DNA of 64,000 bases from Eledone cirrhosa (Eukaryota). The notes under the pieces are model-generated. The model was not told the origin of the DNA. It made no database searches and saw only the letters and a program-made list of their open reading frames with translations. Positions 41,459-56,091 of this stretch are shown in pieces. Position 1 is the first letter of the stretch. The number at the start of each line of letters is the position of its first letter. The translations under genes and the position numbers were made by a program. The DNA is taken from the NCBI GenBank assembly GCA_964016885.1, contig OZ024740.1, forward strand, positions 116,312,001 through 116,376,000, written 5' to 3'.

Positions 41459-43812
41459 TCGCTCTCCCTCTCTCTCTCCCTCTCGCTCTCCCTCTCTCTC
41501 TCCCACACACACATACAAAACGATAGACAGACAGAATTATAGATATAATTTTTTTTATCAGAAATGTCTGAAACTGCTGATTATACCGATCTGAAAAGTT
41601 CCAGATATTTACACAACCAATAATATCACACTTAAGAGACCAAATATATTATTTCATTGCTGTCATCGGTGGTGATTTCTTCTGAATATCTTACATACGT
41701 CCGAAAGCCCACGGACTACAGATTTCACGCGGATCCAATAGCAGATCCCAACAAGCATAGATCTGAAAGTCTATGGACTACAAGTGTGGTAAGCCACACT
41801 TAGTAGCTACTTCCAACTTACATACGTCCGAAAGTCAACGGTCTACAGATGAGGAAAGCCACTCCCTTATAGCAGCAAGCCTGCAGCGGCTTCTTTCTCT
41901 TACAGCTTTACAATGGTTTTCCTCTAACAACCGTAATGAAAAACGATATAGTCTACGATCAGCGAAAGAACGGCAATTTATATCAGCCTAAAGAAAGCAG
42001 TATGACCAAATGCTTAAGAAGTTTGTTTCGCAATTAGCTCCTCAGTTCGATCTCAGTGTGTAGCATCGTAGGCAAAGTCATTTACTATAGCCGGTGGTTG
42101 ACTTATGCCTTGTGAATAAATTTAGGTAGACGGAAACTGTTTGGAAGCCCGCCAGATGGTCTGTACCAGCAAATCCTAGAATCCACCTTGTTACACTGTG
42201 TCACACTGAATCTCTTTGCGAATTATGTTAAGGGTACACGTGCCTATGGCATGATCAGCCACTTCACTTACACATTATTTCATGAGCAGGCAGTTCCGTT
42301 GATCGAACAATTGGAATGTTAATCGTCGAAATCGACGGAGGTCCATATTATTAGCATGATATCAAAAACAACTATATGATATCAAGTTCTGATATTTTTT
42401 GACAATGTTTCTACAATACTTAGGTCTGTCCATTCTTAGATTATTTAATACAGCAATATCCTGTTTTATGATGCGACCGTTCTAACGATTTCGGAAATAT
42501 ACTTGTTTTTCTAAACAAAAGATCTAGAAAGATTTTATTAACAAAATAAATATATGAAATCATAACCATTTATATTTATTTTGTTTCACAGTAGAAATAT
42601 GCTTTCGAAGGTCTTTACGGTATTTTGAGATGAGGTTGAATTCAACCATTTTCGCTGTCTTTACCGCCTGTCACTGCTCACTTAAACTTCTGGTGTAGCC
42701 GGGATAAAACTGTGTCAGGCACAGCCTATTTGATTAAAGACAGAGGCAAGGTGAAAGTTTACAAACTGGGTTCATCATCAGATGAACCACCTCCGTTTTG
42801 AAGACTTACTTCACAATACATATTACAACAACAAAAATAATAGTAACAACAGACATACCAACCTCTAAAAACCTAAACGGGGAGACCCGTGGAAAGAAGT
42901 GTCCTAAAAGGGGGAGATATGAGGCAAAATAGGGACATTTTACATAATGAAAGCTATACCCATTTTCACAAGAGAAAATATCTCTCATCCAACACAAAGG
43001 CTATTGCAAATCTCCTCGTTGGACAGGGAGAGTTGACACATCTGTAATAAGAATATCATCATCGGCCAGGACTTCCACCAAATGCTCTTTCGATTGCATA
43101 TAGAACCTCCGTCACTGTGAAAAACAGATATGTCAACTTCCACCTCATCCGTTGCTTGAAAAATACGTCGGGCAAAGAGGTACTCACTTCTGTGATATAA
43201 CACTCCCATGTTTTTTATTTTCCTTTGTCTAGTGTAACCGATGTTTAATGTTTATATTCGACTTGCAACGCTAGTAAAGAGCGCAAGCTGCTGCTATTAT
43301 TCTTGCGTGTTTTTGTTATTATCTTTTAGGTTTGTGCTTTCACCAATTTGTTTTCTTTTGTACTTATCAAATTATAGTTGTATTTATAACCGTTTCTAAT
43401 TAACACTTAGCGTCCTATACCACATGAATCTGCATTGAAATGCATTCTTTAAAAAAATACCAAACAATCCAATGACGGAATCATAGAAAAAACTAGTCCT
43501 TACTTTAAAACTTCAGATTTTCATAATGATCAATCCACTAGCAAAGATACTAAACGCAATTGAATTAATAAACCACACGAAACCACATTAACAAAAACAT
43601 TCTTAAAAAATACAGCACTACGATTGCATCACATAAAAATTGAAGTATTTATGTTAAAACTCAAATAACCACAACAGTTTGTCCACTAGCAAAATTTCTA
43701 TAAACATTTTAATTTGGAAACCCGTTTTTAGGCAGCTTCTGCTAAATGAATACAAAACGTTAAGAGTTAAATGCTATTTTTCCTGTTTATCTTTTTTATT
43801 ATTTGTTTTGGA

Positions 43813-44030
43813 GGGCGGTGGATTGGCAGTATCGGTAGAAGGTCGGACGCCATGCTTTGCAGCATTGAGTTACGGCCCTTTATGATCTGAGTTCAAATCC
43901 TGCCGAGGTTAACTTTGCCTTTCATCCTTACGGGGTCGATAAAATAAAGTACCAGTCCCGCACTGGGGTCGATTTAATCGACTTTCTCCTCCCCCAAAAT
44001 TGCTGGCCTTGTGCCAATATAAGAAACCAT
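43813..44030 (+). mobile_element. SINE family 1; further copies ~981-1156(-), 12170-12535(-, two), 24688-24897, 28915-29300, 31571-31752(-), 36107-36320, 40530-40680(-)
   Basis: Same head, core and tail (tgctggccttgtgcc..agaaac). Confidence 0.8.
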
Positions 44031-45315
44031 TATTTGTTTTTGTACTTTCAAAGTTTTTTAGATGTATTGTGGAGGTTTTAAACTTCCAATAACCCAGATG
44101 TGGCCATATACAGCTACAAATAAAAAACAAAAATGAATGTTTTAAAAAAATATGTGTACACAATATAAAAATCTCTAAAGAGGAACTGGAACTGTCTTTT
44201 CAACTGCAGGTTAAAGTGGTAGACATTCGAGTATTCTGATGCATTCTTTCATAAAATAAGCTCCCCACCACCACAAAAAACGCTCTTTTTTTATCAAGTA
44301 ATCCTAGAAACACAATTTCTAAGTGGAGTTCACAACGTGAACTTCCACAACGAAAAACAACAATAATAATTATACCATCAACAAAAGCATTAACAGCAAC
44401 AATATTATGTTTGATATTAATAATGATAAGAATATTATTATTAATATTAATAATAAGGACAAGGCTACAAATTTTAAGGAATGGGCATTCTATGAAATCG
44501 ACTACAATACTTAGCCAGTACTTTATTTTATCGCCTCCGGAAAATGAGAGGCAAATCTGGCTTCGACGCGATTAACAATAATCGTAACAAGAACAATAAC
44601 AATAATAATTTCTAAAATGGCTACAGTGGCTAAAATGGCTAAAATGGCTACAGTGTCACAGATTTTGAGGGTAGGGGGTAATCGGTAAAATCGTTTATTT
44701 TATCGATCTCGAAAAAAATGAAAGGCAGATCTGGCTTCCATGGAATTGACAATAATAATAATGATGATAATAATAATAATGATAATAATAATATAATAAT
44801 GCCTTCTCATCTTTAATGATGGTAATAATAACAATAATAATAACTTACATCTTAAAAACAATAATCCTAAATTTATTTCATGTTCTATGATTGTGCTTTG
44901 AATTTGTTATTTTTTTTTTATTTTTGTTAGTAATTGTCTTGATTATGATTGCAGTGTATAACCACGGTGATATCGTGTGCTGATATCTTTTTACTCCACT
45001 TCATTGCTGCCAGAGTGTCATCATCTAACAGATTTTCTCTTCTTTCTACTTTTCCTACTACTATTGCTACTATTATTACTACTACTACTACTACTGAAAC
45101 CTCTCTATATGTGCTTCCAACGAATGCCGCCAGCGTAGCATCTGCGGACACAATGCTCTTTAACACACAACACTGAATAACAACCGAGCTTATTGCATAA
45201 AATATATTGGTATCATTTATAGGATGATATCACTATGGTAGTAATAAAACGTCGAACAAATGTAATAATATGATTGGGAAAAGACATTTATTTTATATGG
45301 ATACAACTACACACG

Positions 45316-45400
<85 letters not shown>

Positions 45401-45636
45401 CTTCTAAAGGACTAGAACTGTTTCTGAGCTGTGGTCTCCTCCCGATACCCATCGGGACTTCACTTATTTATATATTTATATACATGTTGAGTATTTCTGA
45501 AGAAAAAGCAAAGGGAAAAAGAGTGCTCTGTGTATAATACAGAGCTATTTAATTAGAAAGTAAACAACACAATATAACTACTCCATTACTAACCAAAGGT
45601 TTTAGGACCCTAGACATTATTAACATACGTCTAGTT

Positions 45637-45707
45637 CTCTCATCTGATGAGCGAACTAGACGTATGTTAATATTGTCTAGAGTCCTGAAACATTGGGTAA
45701 TGGCGAG
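45637..45707 (+). ncRNA. Hammerhead ribozyme, family H
   Basis: CUCUCAU-CUGAUGA-..CUAGAC..GUCUAG..-GAAA-C auugg G-UA-AUGGCGAG; palindrome ~45550-45733. Confidence 0.55.
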
Positions 45708-47229
45708 TTACTGTATTGTTTACTTTCTAATTATATATATATACCCGTATGTAGTTGACGGACGAGAAAAAAGAGTACAGAATTCCGAAATGGAATTTAA
45801 ATATTCATTTATTATAGCTAAGTAGTGAGTCCAGTGTCAATAAGTGGAGCTCCAGGGTAACAAGACTTACTACTTAGACATTAAATATATATATATATAT
45901 AAAGAGAGAACGAGAAAATAAGGGACAGATTTATAGACAAATAGATAGATATTACACCATTGATCATCGAATATTAATTTTATGGATGCATGAACGTGTA
46001 CAAATCTGTTTCATCTATCGAAAATACAAAGTACATTATTCAACACAGTATGGAACAACAGTATCAGATCGATGATAATTGATAATAAATAATGAGGTAA
46101 ACAAATATCTGTTGAGAGTTTGATTGCAATAAGCTCGGAGTTTCCTCTGTATCAATCTGGGTTAATTTCTTTGACCTTCTGTATCTATTTTCTTTAATTC
46201 TCTTTCATTCAACTTCTCCTTATTTTTTCTAGAATCAGTGGTATTGGAATTCAGAGAGCCATAATGATGAAGGACTGGTAAGGTCTAACTTCGGCGCTGA
46301 TAGCTTTTCATGCTGGATTGGTCAATAGAAAGGATTGCAGTAGAGCATTTGATAACCTTTAGGTCCTCATTGCTCTTTGCACTTCCTCTTAGATTAGTTG
46401 TAAATAATCTCCTCTGCACATGTATGCGCAATGCGGTGTTAAACTACATCATTTGAAATATGTATAGCCAATTTTGCTTATGTGGAATTTTCATAACCAC
46501 GCAAAGAAAGATAATCCAGTGGCTAAGAAATAGGAGCATGCCCAATCTAAGTGTTATAGAATATAATGATGATGCAATGAAAAATAAAAAAGATAATATA
46601 CACAGTATATATTACCTTTTATGAGAATTATTTATCAAGAGACATTTCTGTTCAGCTGAGCCACGTTTAAATTTTCTTTATTTGGCTTTCTAATGCAGTA
46701 TTTGATGCAAGTTTTGTAAGCCAAACTTTGCATTAAATGGACACCGTCCCAGATTCATAGGAGAATCAAAATGATAAATTACATCGTTCTTATCTCTTTC
46801 TCAAAAGCATGTTTGTCTGCAACTGAAAAGAGTTGAGACTATAAATCAAGACTGATAATATTCAGTTTATTGCTTATGTAACCACTGCTCTACTATGATG
46901 GTGCAACACCACCTGGTTAGGTAGAGGTTCTAACGCCTGGAAACATTATAAACAATATATGTAATAAGATTGTTAATTATAATGAATTATCAGTTGAAAT
47001 CAGACTTGATGATGAAAAGTAATGTTAATGATGAAGATGCGACTACTGTTGGTAATTGGGTAACAGTAATGATGACGACGATGAAATGAAATCACCAACA
47101 ACAACGCTATATAAAATAACAAATGAGAATAACTGTATCTATTGATCAATCCGAACACCACGTTATTGCATGGATCTCCTGGAACCATTGTTTCATCTGT
47201 TTCTTATTCATAGTTTCCTGCCTATTTTA

Positions 47230-47960
47230 ACCTCTTAATTGCATGGGTTATCGATCTTGTTAACAAGTTAAAACTGATTTGCTAATAAGGAACTACTTAT
47301 CTAATGATTTCCAAAGCTTCTTTACATCTGTAACTATTTCTAAATTGTTTTTCCCTAAATCTTTCACATTTCAACTGTAATTAATTATTTCAAAACCAAA
47401 ATCTTCATCAAAACTATTCATCTTTCATTCCCTACTTACTAACGGACTATTTTCTGTTCAATAACAAATCCATGTCAACTGATTAGTCACTTACATTCTA
47501 AATTACCTTTTCAAGTCTAATTAATATTCTTCAATTGCAGGAGTCTAGCAATCAGCAATAATTTATTAAAATCTTGAAAGATATTGTTTTCTTTTCGTGA
47601 GTTTCTAATCTTCTCGAATTATTTCATGTTTTCGTCAACAATAGCAGCATCAGAAAATACACCAATTCTTCAATAACTAATGACCTCCAATAAAGTTTAT
47701 ATGAGACCCATCTGCTTTCACATATACAACGTTGATGCTGTTGCTCACATAAGCATTCTAGACCATATCCAGAAAAAAACCTACTCGGCTAATCAGTTTA
47801 GAGTAACTCTCCAGCTTCTGACTTACTGACATACTGTCACCCATTTCTGCCTTTTCTACCACAACTACTACTCTGAGCTTGCTGAACTCATGCTACCTTC
47901 ATTTAGGCACTCGTGTTTTATTCGACTCTTCTCTTATCACCCACGTTGTATCAAGCCCAT
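47230..47960 (+). mobile_element. Highly decayed CR1-like LINE ORF2 3' fragment
   Basis: Broken frames read MRP..HI..LDHIQKK..LQLL..CLFYHNY.SELAELMLP..HP, resembling the CR1 ORF2 C-terminus. Confidence 0.5.
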
Positions 47961-48818
47961 CATACATCTCAATAACCCCTATACCTAGTTCTTTATTCTC
48001 ATAACGTTGATCATCTCAGACACCCTCCCTCCTAAAAGATTAAATCTGCGATAATTTATATAACGCATCCTGAGCATCGACCTCTCCTGTCTCTCCCGTG
48101 GAGAACATGTGCACTGTCTCTTCCTCAAGATGTACCATATAAAGATGTACCATGGGCAGTAGATGATCTTCAGAGAAGAAACCCTCTCTCCCCATGCAAG
48201 TGAGTTGACTCTCAACTCCTTATACTTTAAGGGGACCAGACCGCATACAGGTCATGACTCCTGGGTACCCTTCTGCTGACGTTTTGTGTGTAGGGCTATT
48301 AAACCGTACGGAGGTTGTTTTTATTCCTCCTTCAACATATCCAGCTGGAATTCTTTTCGGTTGTTTCTGCTGTTGCTTTTTAGGCATTGATCCTCGTCGT
48401 ATGTATCTATAGATAATAATTTGGGTTCCATATTGAAATATATTTATGTTTGAATAAATGCACATAGATTATATATCCCTTTAATCTTGTATTCTCCCCG
48501 TTCTCATAAATATACCATAAAGTATGTAAACACAGTTATATTTATATATAGAATATATGAATGGATGTTAGTGAAGACGTGTGGTTTAGTGGTTATGCCT
48601 TTTGCAAAACACATTATTTCACGTTGTTCCAGCCAACTCAGCTGGCAAAATTGAGTTGTACCAGTAATTCAAAGTGGTAGGCTTGTCACACACTCTGTCA
48701 CGCTGAATCACTCCGAGAACTAAGTTAAGAGTGTACATATCTGTTGAATGTTCAACTACTGACACACTGATTTCACAGAACAACTGGATCACTTGTTGGA
48801 ATCTACGAAGGCCCATCG

Positions 48819-48855
<37 letters not shown>

Positions 48856-49926
48856 TATATATTCATATATAGAATATCATATTTCGAAATCCATGTATAT
48901 TGCGGAGTGTGTCGTATATTGACAATCTTTCAAAGGTCTCTATACGGGCTATGTTACGGAATGCCATAGGTAACAGGACCACCTACTGAGAAATATAAAG
49001 TAAACATTTAACTCTTTTGATATGTCGGCTAAAACCGACTCTAATTTTAAATATTTAAATGAAAATATTCTGTTATAATTATATATATAAAGAGTAGAGC
49101 CGACCATCAGATAGGACCAAGCAAACAATGTTTCCATCGTAGTTACTATCTGTCGGTCGAAACTCCAAGCAAAAGAAAGTGGAATTTGAACTCAGAATGC
49201 ACAGACACGGATCAGATATCTACGTAATAAGAATTCCACTAAACCACCTCTCCTTGACTTGTACTTATCGTAAGAACTATATGTTAAGTTAATATATTAG
49301 GAATGAGATTAATAATGTTAGTAAATATTTCAAAATTTTTATTCATTATTTGAAATCGATCGTTCCTATTTAAATTAAAATCTTCTAACATAATTTTATA
49401 TAGGAACCATATGCAAAGCAATTATCTTGATAATGAAATAATTAATTATTTTAGTGAATCTCTCAAATTTCTATATTAATTAATTGAAATAGATCCAACA
49501 CAATTCTATACAAGAACCATCTGTTACGTTACTGTCATAGCAACGAAATAATTAATAAGTTTAGTAAATCTCACAAAAATTATTCATGAATTAAATAAAA
49601 TAGAGTGTATTTCATTATCACTACGGTCATGAAAGAGTTAATTGTAGAAGTTTGCGAAAAGAAAAGAATATTTTACTCAAAATAAACCTGCTGGTAGCAT
49701 CCTGCTTAATCCTTATTAAAACAAGTAGTTGACAAACCTGATCCTCCTTTTGAACCTCTGTTACTAAATACTACCAAAATGCAGGCAGTGTATGGCCTTA
49801 AATGCGCCAAAGGCAAGAATTCAGTAAGACTGAAATATGAAATATGGTGGGAGATCAAAGATGGCGTGATCAAATGTCTGGTGTGTATCGATCTCATTAT
49901 TAAATCTGACTAATTTTCCTTTACAG

Positions 49927-50071
49927 TTGTTCAGAGGAAATGATGACAAACATCTGAAACGGATCCATTACCTTAATTCACCGTTTGTTGCCCGTTACAT
50001 CCGTATTCATCCCGTGGAATGGCACCAAAAAATTGGAATGAGATTCGGGCTACTTGGTTGCCCATATACTG
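49927..50071 (+). CDS. Exon F: discoidin domain 2 end
   Basis: ttacag|TTG TTC AGA GGA AAT...ACT G|gtataa; LFRGNDDKHLKRIHYLNSPFVARYIRIHPVEWHQKIGMRFGLLGCPYT. Confidence 0.92.
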
Positions 50072-50847
50072 GTATAATCTCCCTCAATTCATTTCTCTTA
50101 CATTATATTTCTTTTGTATTTTACATATTTCACAAAGGCAGTCGGTTTGGTGGAGTCGTTGGAGTGTTAGATATTTTTTCTAGGTTCTGAAATCAAATCC
50201 TGCCAAGATCTACTTTTTTTTTTCATCCTTTCGGAGTCGATAAAGAAAATAAAGGCCCAGTGCTGGTGCAGACCTATTTTTCTTCCAGTTGTCACGTCAT
50301 GAATATACAGTAGAATCAAAGGAATCAAAGGAGGGGGTTGGGATCGAGAGGGTGTCTGTTGCTGTTCGCAATTGCATGAGCATCTAACTCCCTTAACGAA
50401 ATCATGGCACATGCTACCACGCCATACTTGGTTGCTAGTGATGGGTGTAGTTAGTTATTACACGATACATGTAAGACAATACATGTGTATCATCGGTAGC
50501 AGCGGCATCATCATTATTTTATCTTTGCCTTCCGTGCTCCAATGGACTGGACAGAGTGTCATGGTCCTTGTCTAGACTTGCTCATACATTTCTTATTTGA
50601 CATACTTTCTGGAGATGAATACTCTTCCTAACCCCAACCACTTAACAGAGTGTACCAGGTGCATTTTACTGTAGTACCCAAACTAGACAGTCTGTCATAT
50701 GATTTGCCACACTGAAGATTTCTACCCATAATTCTATATTTGTGTAATTTACATGTAGTATATATTTTTAATCCAACACTGTAACGCGTTTTTACGGAAT
50801 AAGGATTGTAAAAGTCTGTGTCTATTTGTAGGGAGGTGGGTGTGAAT

Positions 50848-50878
<31 letters not shown>

Positions 50879-51176
50879 CGAGTGCGTGGTGGTGGTAGCA
50901 GAAACGCCTAAAATATTTTTTTAAATCCAGGACGATTATAAAATTTGTGCATATATATTTATAATGGTTCCAACAATAGATTTAAGGCATCCCGTGTAGC
51001 TCTGTGTCAACAACACGTAATTCAAAGTAATAAAAGTAAATGTATTTGTTGCGAGAAAAATGAAAAATCATGAATGCTTGTTATACAAGAGTAATTTATT
51101 TATTAATATATTCCTATGTATTTACACACACACTCCCTCTCTCTCGCTCTCTCACGCACACACACAAACATACGTA

Positions 51177-51272
<96 letters not shown>

Positions 51273-51495
51273 CTTATAAATAGATGCGTGGTTCGATTCA
51301 CACAGGTGGTTATATCAACTTTATTCCATCTCCAGAGACACATACACGACTTATTCGCCTATTGTTTATAGTTCACCTTCACTGCACCGGTTTTTCATAA
51401 AGCAAATGTATTTTCTTACACGCACACACACACACAAATATATATGTAAGTATATATATGAAACAAAAACAAAGAGCGCTTACATCATCAATTAA

Positions 51496-51559
51496 TCTTT
51501 ATTTGCTGACAGTGTTTCGTCCTTGCATAATTGCAGGACTCATCAGAGCGTTATAAAGA
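51496..51559 (-). ncRNA. Near-canonical hammerhead ribozyme, family I
   Basis: Minus strand UCUUUAU aac GCU-CUGAUGA-GUCCUGCA auua UGCAaGGAC-GAAA-C acu G-UC-AGC aa AUAAAGA; GUC triplet, G10.1-C11.1, bulged stem I. Confidence 0.8.
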
Positions 51560-51726
51560 GGAATTAGATCAATAGTATAAACTCTACCGACCTATATCAC
51601 AAGAACGATCCATATGTAGCACTGAGGACTAAGAAGAGTGGGGTGCTTAGACGACGCATATATGTATGTATTTATGTATGTATTTATGTATGTATATATA
51701 TTCATTTTTCTTCTTCCTTTTTTCAG

Positions 51727-51774
51727 GCCTTTGTACCACTGGTTTTATGAGAGTCAATGATGCAGCACCATGTG
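51727..51774 (+). CDS. Exon G: 48-nt Cys linker micro-exon
   Basis: Long polypyrimidine tract then tttcag|GC CTT TGT...TGT G|gtaaga; GLCTTGFMRVNDAAPC; symmetric phase 1-1. Confidence 0.8.
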
Positions 51775-52055
51775 GTAAGATATTTATATTAATGTTCATT
51801 ATATTTGTACTGTAATAATAATGTCTGTAACGTTTGGACTGTAATAAACCTATTCACAAAAACATCGTTAAATCCATACAGTCTACCATTTAATTGATAG
51901 ATTACAGTTTAATATATTTCCATAAAACATCTGTAGGTTGTGAAAATCAAGGGGAGGAAAATGTTAAGGAGAATATTGTGTATGGGTGTTTTATCTTTCA
52001 AACCATGTTCTCTCCCCCCTCTCTCTCCCTTTCATACCTACACATTTATACACAT

Positions 52056-52131
<76 letters not shown>

Positions 52132-53062
52132 TTGTAATAAATCAAAACAAGCAAAAAGAAAATACTACCAGAAAACAACACGTTACACTAATGGTATATT
52201 GGTATGAGCTTACAAGAAGTTGGAAAATAACATTGACCTTTCGGATGCCGGTCCTTCGTCAGACGGTAAACAGAGAGTAAGAGAAGGTGTGTTTTAGAGA
52301 GGGAAGACAAACGAAGGGGGGGGGGAGAAAAAGAACAGAGAGAAAAACACACGTGTATGTAATTTTCAGCTATAACCCGGGCCGGCCCTACCATTAAGAT
52401 CAATTAGGTAGCAGCCTATGGTACAGACCTCAGTGAGGCGCTTTACATAACCTTAAAAGATCGCAGAATTATACTAATTTGTGTAATTAAATTAAATATA
52501 TAATAATTACCTACGATCAATAGATAAATCGCTAACATCAACGTTGTATAAAATCATCAAAATTGATAGAGTGGGTCGTATGTTGTCATGTGATTTGGCG
52601 TGGGTGAGTGTGAAGAGTGTAGTGGAAAATACAGGCGAGTAATTATTTTATTAATGTGTATATGAATATACAGCTTCGTCAACTTTCTAAACTACGTGCT
52701 GAAATTATTTTAATGGAGAGCATAGGTGCATAGCTGAGATGATTGGGCGCATAGCTAGAAGTTGATGCATGTTTTAGGGCTTGCCCTTGGCACTAAATAC
52801 CCGGGTGGCGGCCCCGTGATCACCATATTGCTGATGGCCTTAAAATAGAATTCCATCATTCAAAACTTTCAATTTCCTTTTTGATCTTGACCCGAATAAT
52901 CTTTTCTCACGCGTATATAGAACTAATCAGAAATATTTGGAGTAGGAAATGTACATTGTAGAGTTACCCTGAGATGTAAAATACTGAGTCACCGACTGTG
53001 GCCATAATGATCCGGCTTCGTTACATTTCTTTCATGCTGTCTCTCTTTCTGTTATATTTCAG

Positions 53063-53302
53063 TGGAAAATCTGGCTTTTAAAAAGGAAAGTTGGATCAAC
53101 AGTAAACGCCATATTAAAAGACATATAAGGCATCAAGATAAAGATGGACCAGCATCTAGAGCCGTAGATGGAAAGACTAAATCTGTACTCCCTGAATGTA
53201 CAACACTAGATAATTTGTATGGAGAAAATCCAGTTTGGATGGTCGACCTCGGGCCTAAAACCAATGTATCAGGTGCTATTATTTACACATGGCAAAACAG
53301 AG
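53063..53302 (+). CDS. Exon H: F-type lectin-like domain N-half
   Basis: tttcag|TG GAA AAT CTG GCT...AGA G|gtaaga; ENLAFKK...ASRAVDG...CTTLDNLYGENPVWMVDLG...IIYTWQNR. Confidence 0.9.
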
Positions 53303-53525
53303 GTAAGATATAATTGATATAATTATCTACTTTAAATGATATATGTGACCCTTGTCAACATGTTGTCCCGTCTAATGTGTATCTTTAGTAATAACCAGGA
53401 TGCACCTTTGTATATACTCTTGTACTGACTGAATCCATTTAAGGCGATGCCCCAGAATGACCATTGTCTAATGATGAAAACGTATAAAAGAATAAGAGAA
53501 TATCTTTATAAATGTCATTGAACCA

Positions 53526-53596
<71 letters not shown>

Positions 53597-53652
53597 GTAA
53601 GTATGTATGTATACGTACATACATATATGTATACAGACGTACAGTAGCATGC

Positions 53653-53683
<31 letters not shown>

Positions 53684-53855
53684 CGGGTACACATACATAT
53701 ATGCACGCATCAGTTTAGCGGACGCTTATTATAACGCCGCTTTGTTCGTTTGTAAACAAACTGAACAGCCTGAATTTATGCCATACGGTGTTAAGGCATA
53801 ATTTTCATAAGGAAAGTATATACTTTCGAACGTTCAACTATCTGGCAGATGGGTA

Positions 53856-53900
53856 AACGGTGCTGATGATAGCTAACAAGCTTGAAACTAGTACATCGTT
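53856..53900 (+). ncRNA. Minimal hammerhead ribozyme, family E
   Basis: AACGGUG-CUGAUGA-uAGCU aaca AGCUu-GAAA-CUAG-UA-CAUCGUU; palindromic loop III (ACUAGU). Confidence 0.85.
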
Positions 53901-54049
53901 CCTGTGTCAGTGTTGAACAAAAAGGTGACGTGGTTGCCTTAACACCGTATGGCATAAATTCAGGCTGTTCAGTTTGTTTACAAACGAACAAAGCGGCGTT
54001 ATAATAAGCGTCCGCTAAACTGATGCGTGCATATATGTATGTGTACCTG

Positions 54050-54080
<31 letters not shown>

Positions 54081-54209
54081 GCATGCTACTGTACGTCTGT
54101 ATATATATATGTATGTACGTATACATACATACTTACATTTAAGTAAGTGCCATACTAAGAGTGAGAAATGAAATTTCGTTTTCATTTTTTTCAACTTATA
54201 TATATATAT

Positions 54210-54304
<95 letters not shown>

Positions 54305-54307
<3 letters not shown>

Positions 54308-54381
54308 GGTATCCCAAAAATGTATACACACTTTCATTAGAATGCTATTGAAGTGGGTATACATTTTGGGAGCACACCCTG
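54305..54381. mobile_element. 77-bp Tc1/mariner-type MITE
   Basis: TA|CAGGGTATCCCAAAAATGTATAC..GTATACATTTTGGGAGCACACCCTG|TA. Confidence 0.7.
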
Positions 54382-54784
54382 TATATATGAATCAAGTATG
54401 TTTAGATGACAGCGAGCGGATTTTGAAAATTGAAATAGAAGGGCATATAACAGTGCATATAAGCAGGAAAAATGGAGATAAGCATACGCGGAGGTCGAAC
54501 CCCACACCTTGTTTTTGCCGGAGAAGTATGCTACCGTTTACTCGAGCGTGTCATTAATCGGTCTTCTGTCGCTAACAATTAATGAACTTCGGTTTAAGCA
54601 GCATTAAACACTCCACGTCAGTATTCATTTCCTAGTATGATATGGGATAATGTAGGTCATTGTATGATGAAGTATTGGTATAATAATAAAATAGAAGGCA
54701 GTAGGGGTTTACTTCAGCACATTACATATATTATACATTGTATAAGTGTGATATGGTGACGTAAAACCTATTTCCTTCGATCTC

Positions 54785-54851
<67 letters not shown>

Positions 54852-55073
54852 GTAAGTATGTATGTATGTATACGTACATACATATATGTATACAGACGTA
54901 CAGTAGTATGTATATATATACATACATGCACACATATATATATGCACGTATCGCTTTACCGAACATTTATTATAATGCTCGGTTTGTTTGTTTGTAAACA
55001 AACAAACAGCCCGAATTACGCCGTACAGTGTTTAGGCAACCACGTCATCTTTTTGTTCAACACTGACACAGGA

Positions 55074-55116
55074 ACGATGTACTAGTTTCAAGCTTATTAG
55101 CTATCGTCAGCATCGT
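55074..55116 (-). ncRNA. Minimal hammerhead ribozyme, family E
   Basis: Minus strand ACGAUG-CUGACGA-uAGCU aaua AGCUu-GAAA-CUAG-UA-CAUCGU. Confidence 0.85.
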
Positions 55117-55459
55117 ATACCTTCCTGCCAGATGGTTGAACGTCTGAAAGTATATACTTTCCTTATGCATATTAACGGCTGAGCAGCCTAATTTGCATAT
55201 CGAGTGAGTTCAGTCGGCCGGGCACACCAAAAACAATAAATGAAATAGAATGAAACGAAATTTCATTTCTCACTCTTAGTACGGCACTTACTTAAATGTA
55301 AATATGTATGTATGAAACTAGTACATCGTATTCCATTTATCGTTTTCGGTGTGCCCGGCCGACTGAACTCACTCGATATGCAAATTAGGCTTCTCAGCCG
55401 TTAATATGCATAAGGAAAATATATACTTTCAGACGTTCAACCATCTGGCAGGAAGGTAT

Positions 55460-55502
55460 ACGATGCTGACGATAGCTAGTAAGCTTGAAACTAGTACATC
55501 GT
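55460..55502 (+). ncRNA. Minimal hammerhead ribozyme, family E
   Basis: ACGAUG-CUGACGA-uAGCU agua AGCUu-GAAA-CUAG-UA-CAUCGU. Confidence 0.85.
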
Positions 55503-55778
55503 TCCTGTGTCAGTGTTGAACAAAAAGGTGACGTGGTTGCCTAAACACTGTACGGCGAAATTCGGGCTGTTTGTTTGTTTACAAACAAACAAACCGACCA
55601 TTATAATAAATGTTCGGTAAACCGATACGTGCATATATATATGTGTGCATGTATGTATATATTTATACATACTACTGTACGTCTGTATACATATATGTAT
55701 GTACGTATACATACATACTTACATTTAAGTAAGTGCCGTACTAAGAGTGAGAAATGAAATTTCGTTTCATTCTATTCC

Positions 55779-55855
<77 letters not shown>

Positions 55856-56091
55856 AGTATGCATGTATACGTACATACATATATGTATACAGACGTACAG
55901 TAGCATGCACATATATATATATATATACATATATATATACATATGCATACAGGTACACATACATATATGCACGTATCAGTTTAGCGGCGCTAACGTCGCT
56001 TTGTTCGTTTGTAAACAAACTGAACAGCCTGAATTTATGCCATACGGTGTTAAGGCAACCACGTCACCTTTTTGTTCAACACTGACACAGG

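Noticed and set aside
41690-41850. Short ~63-bp diverged repeats containing ccgaaag
   Set aside because: Local duplication with no CUGANGA partner; no function supportable.
42850-43209. Possible hAT transposase C-terminal relic (CE.G.S-like) on the minus strand
   Set aside because: Too degenerate to support without an HMM search.
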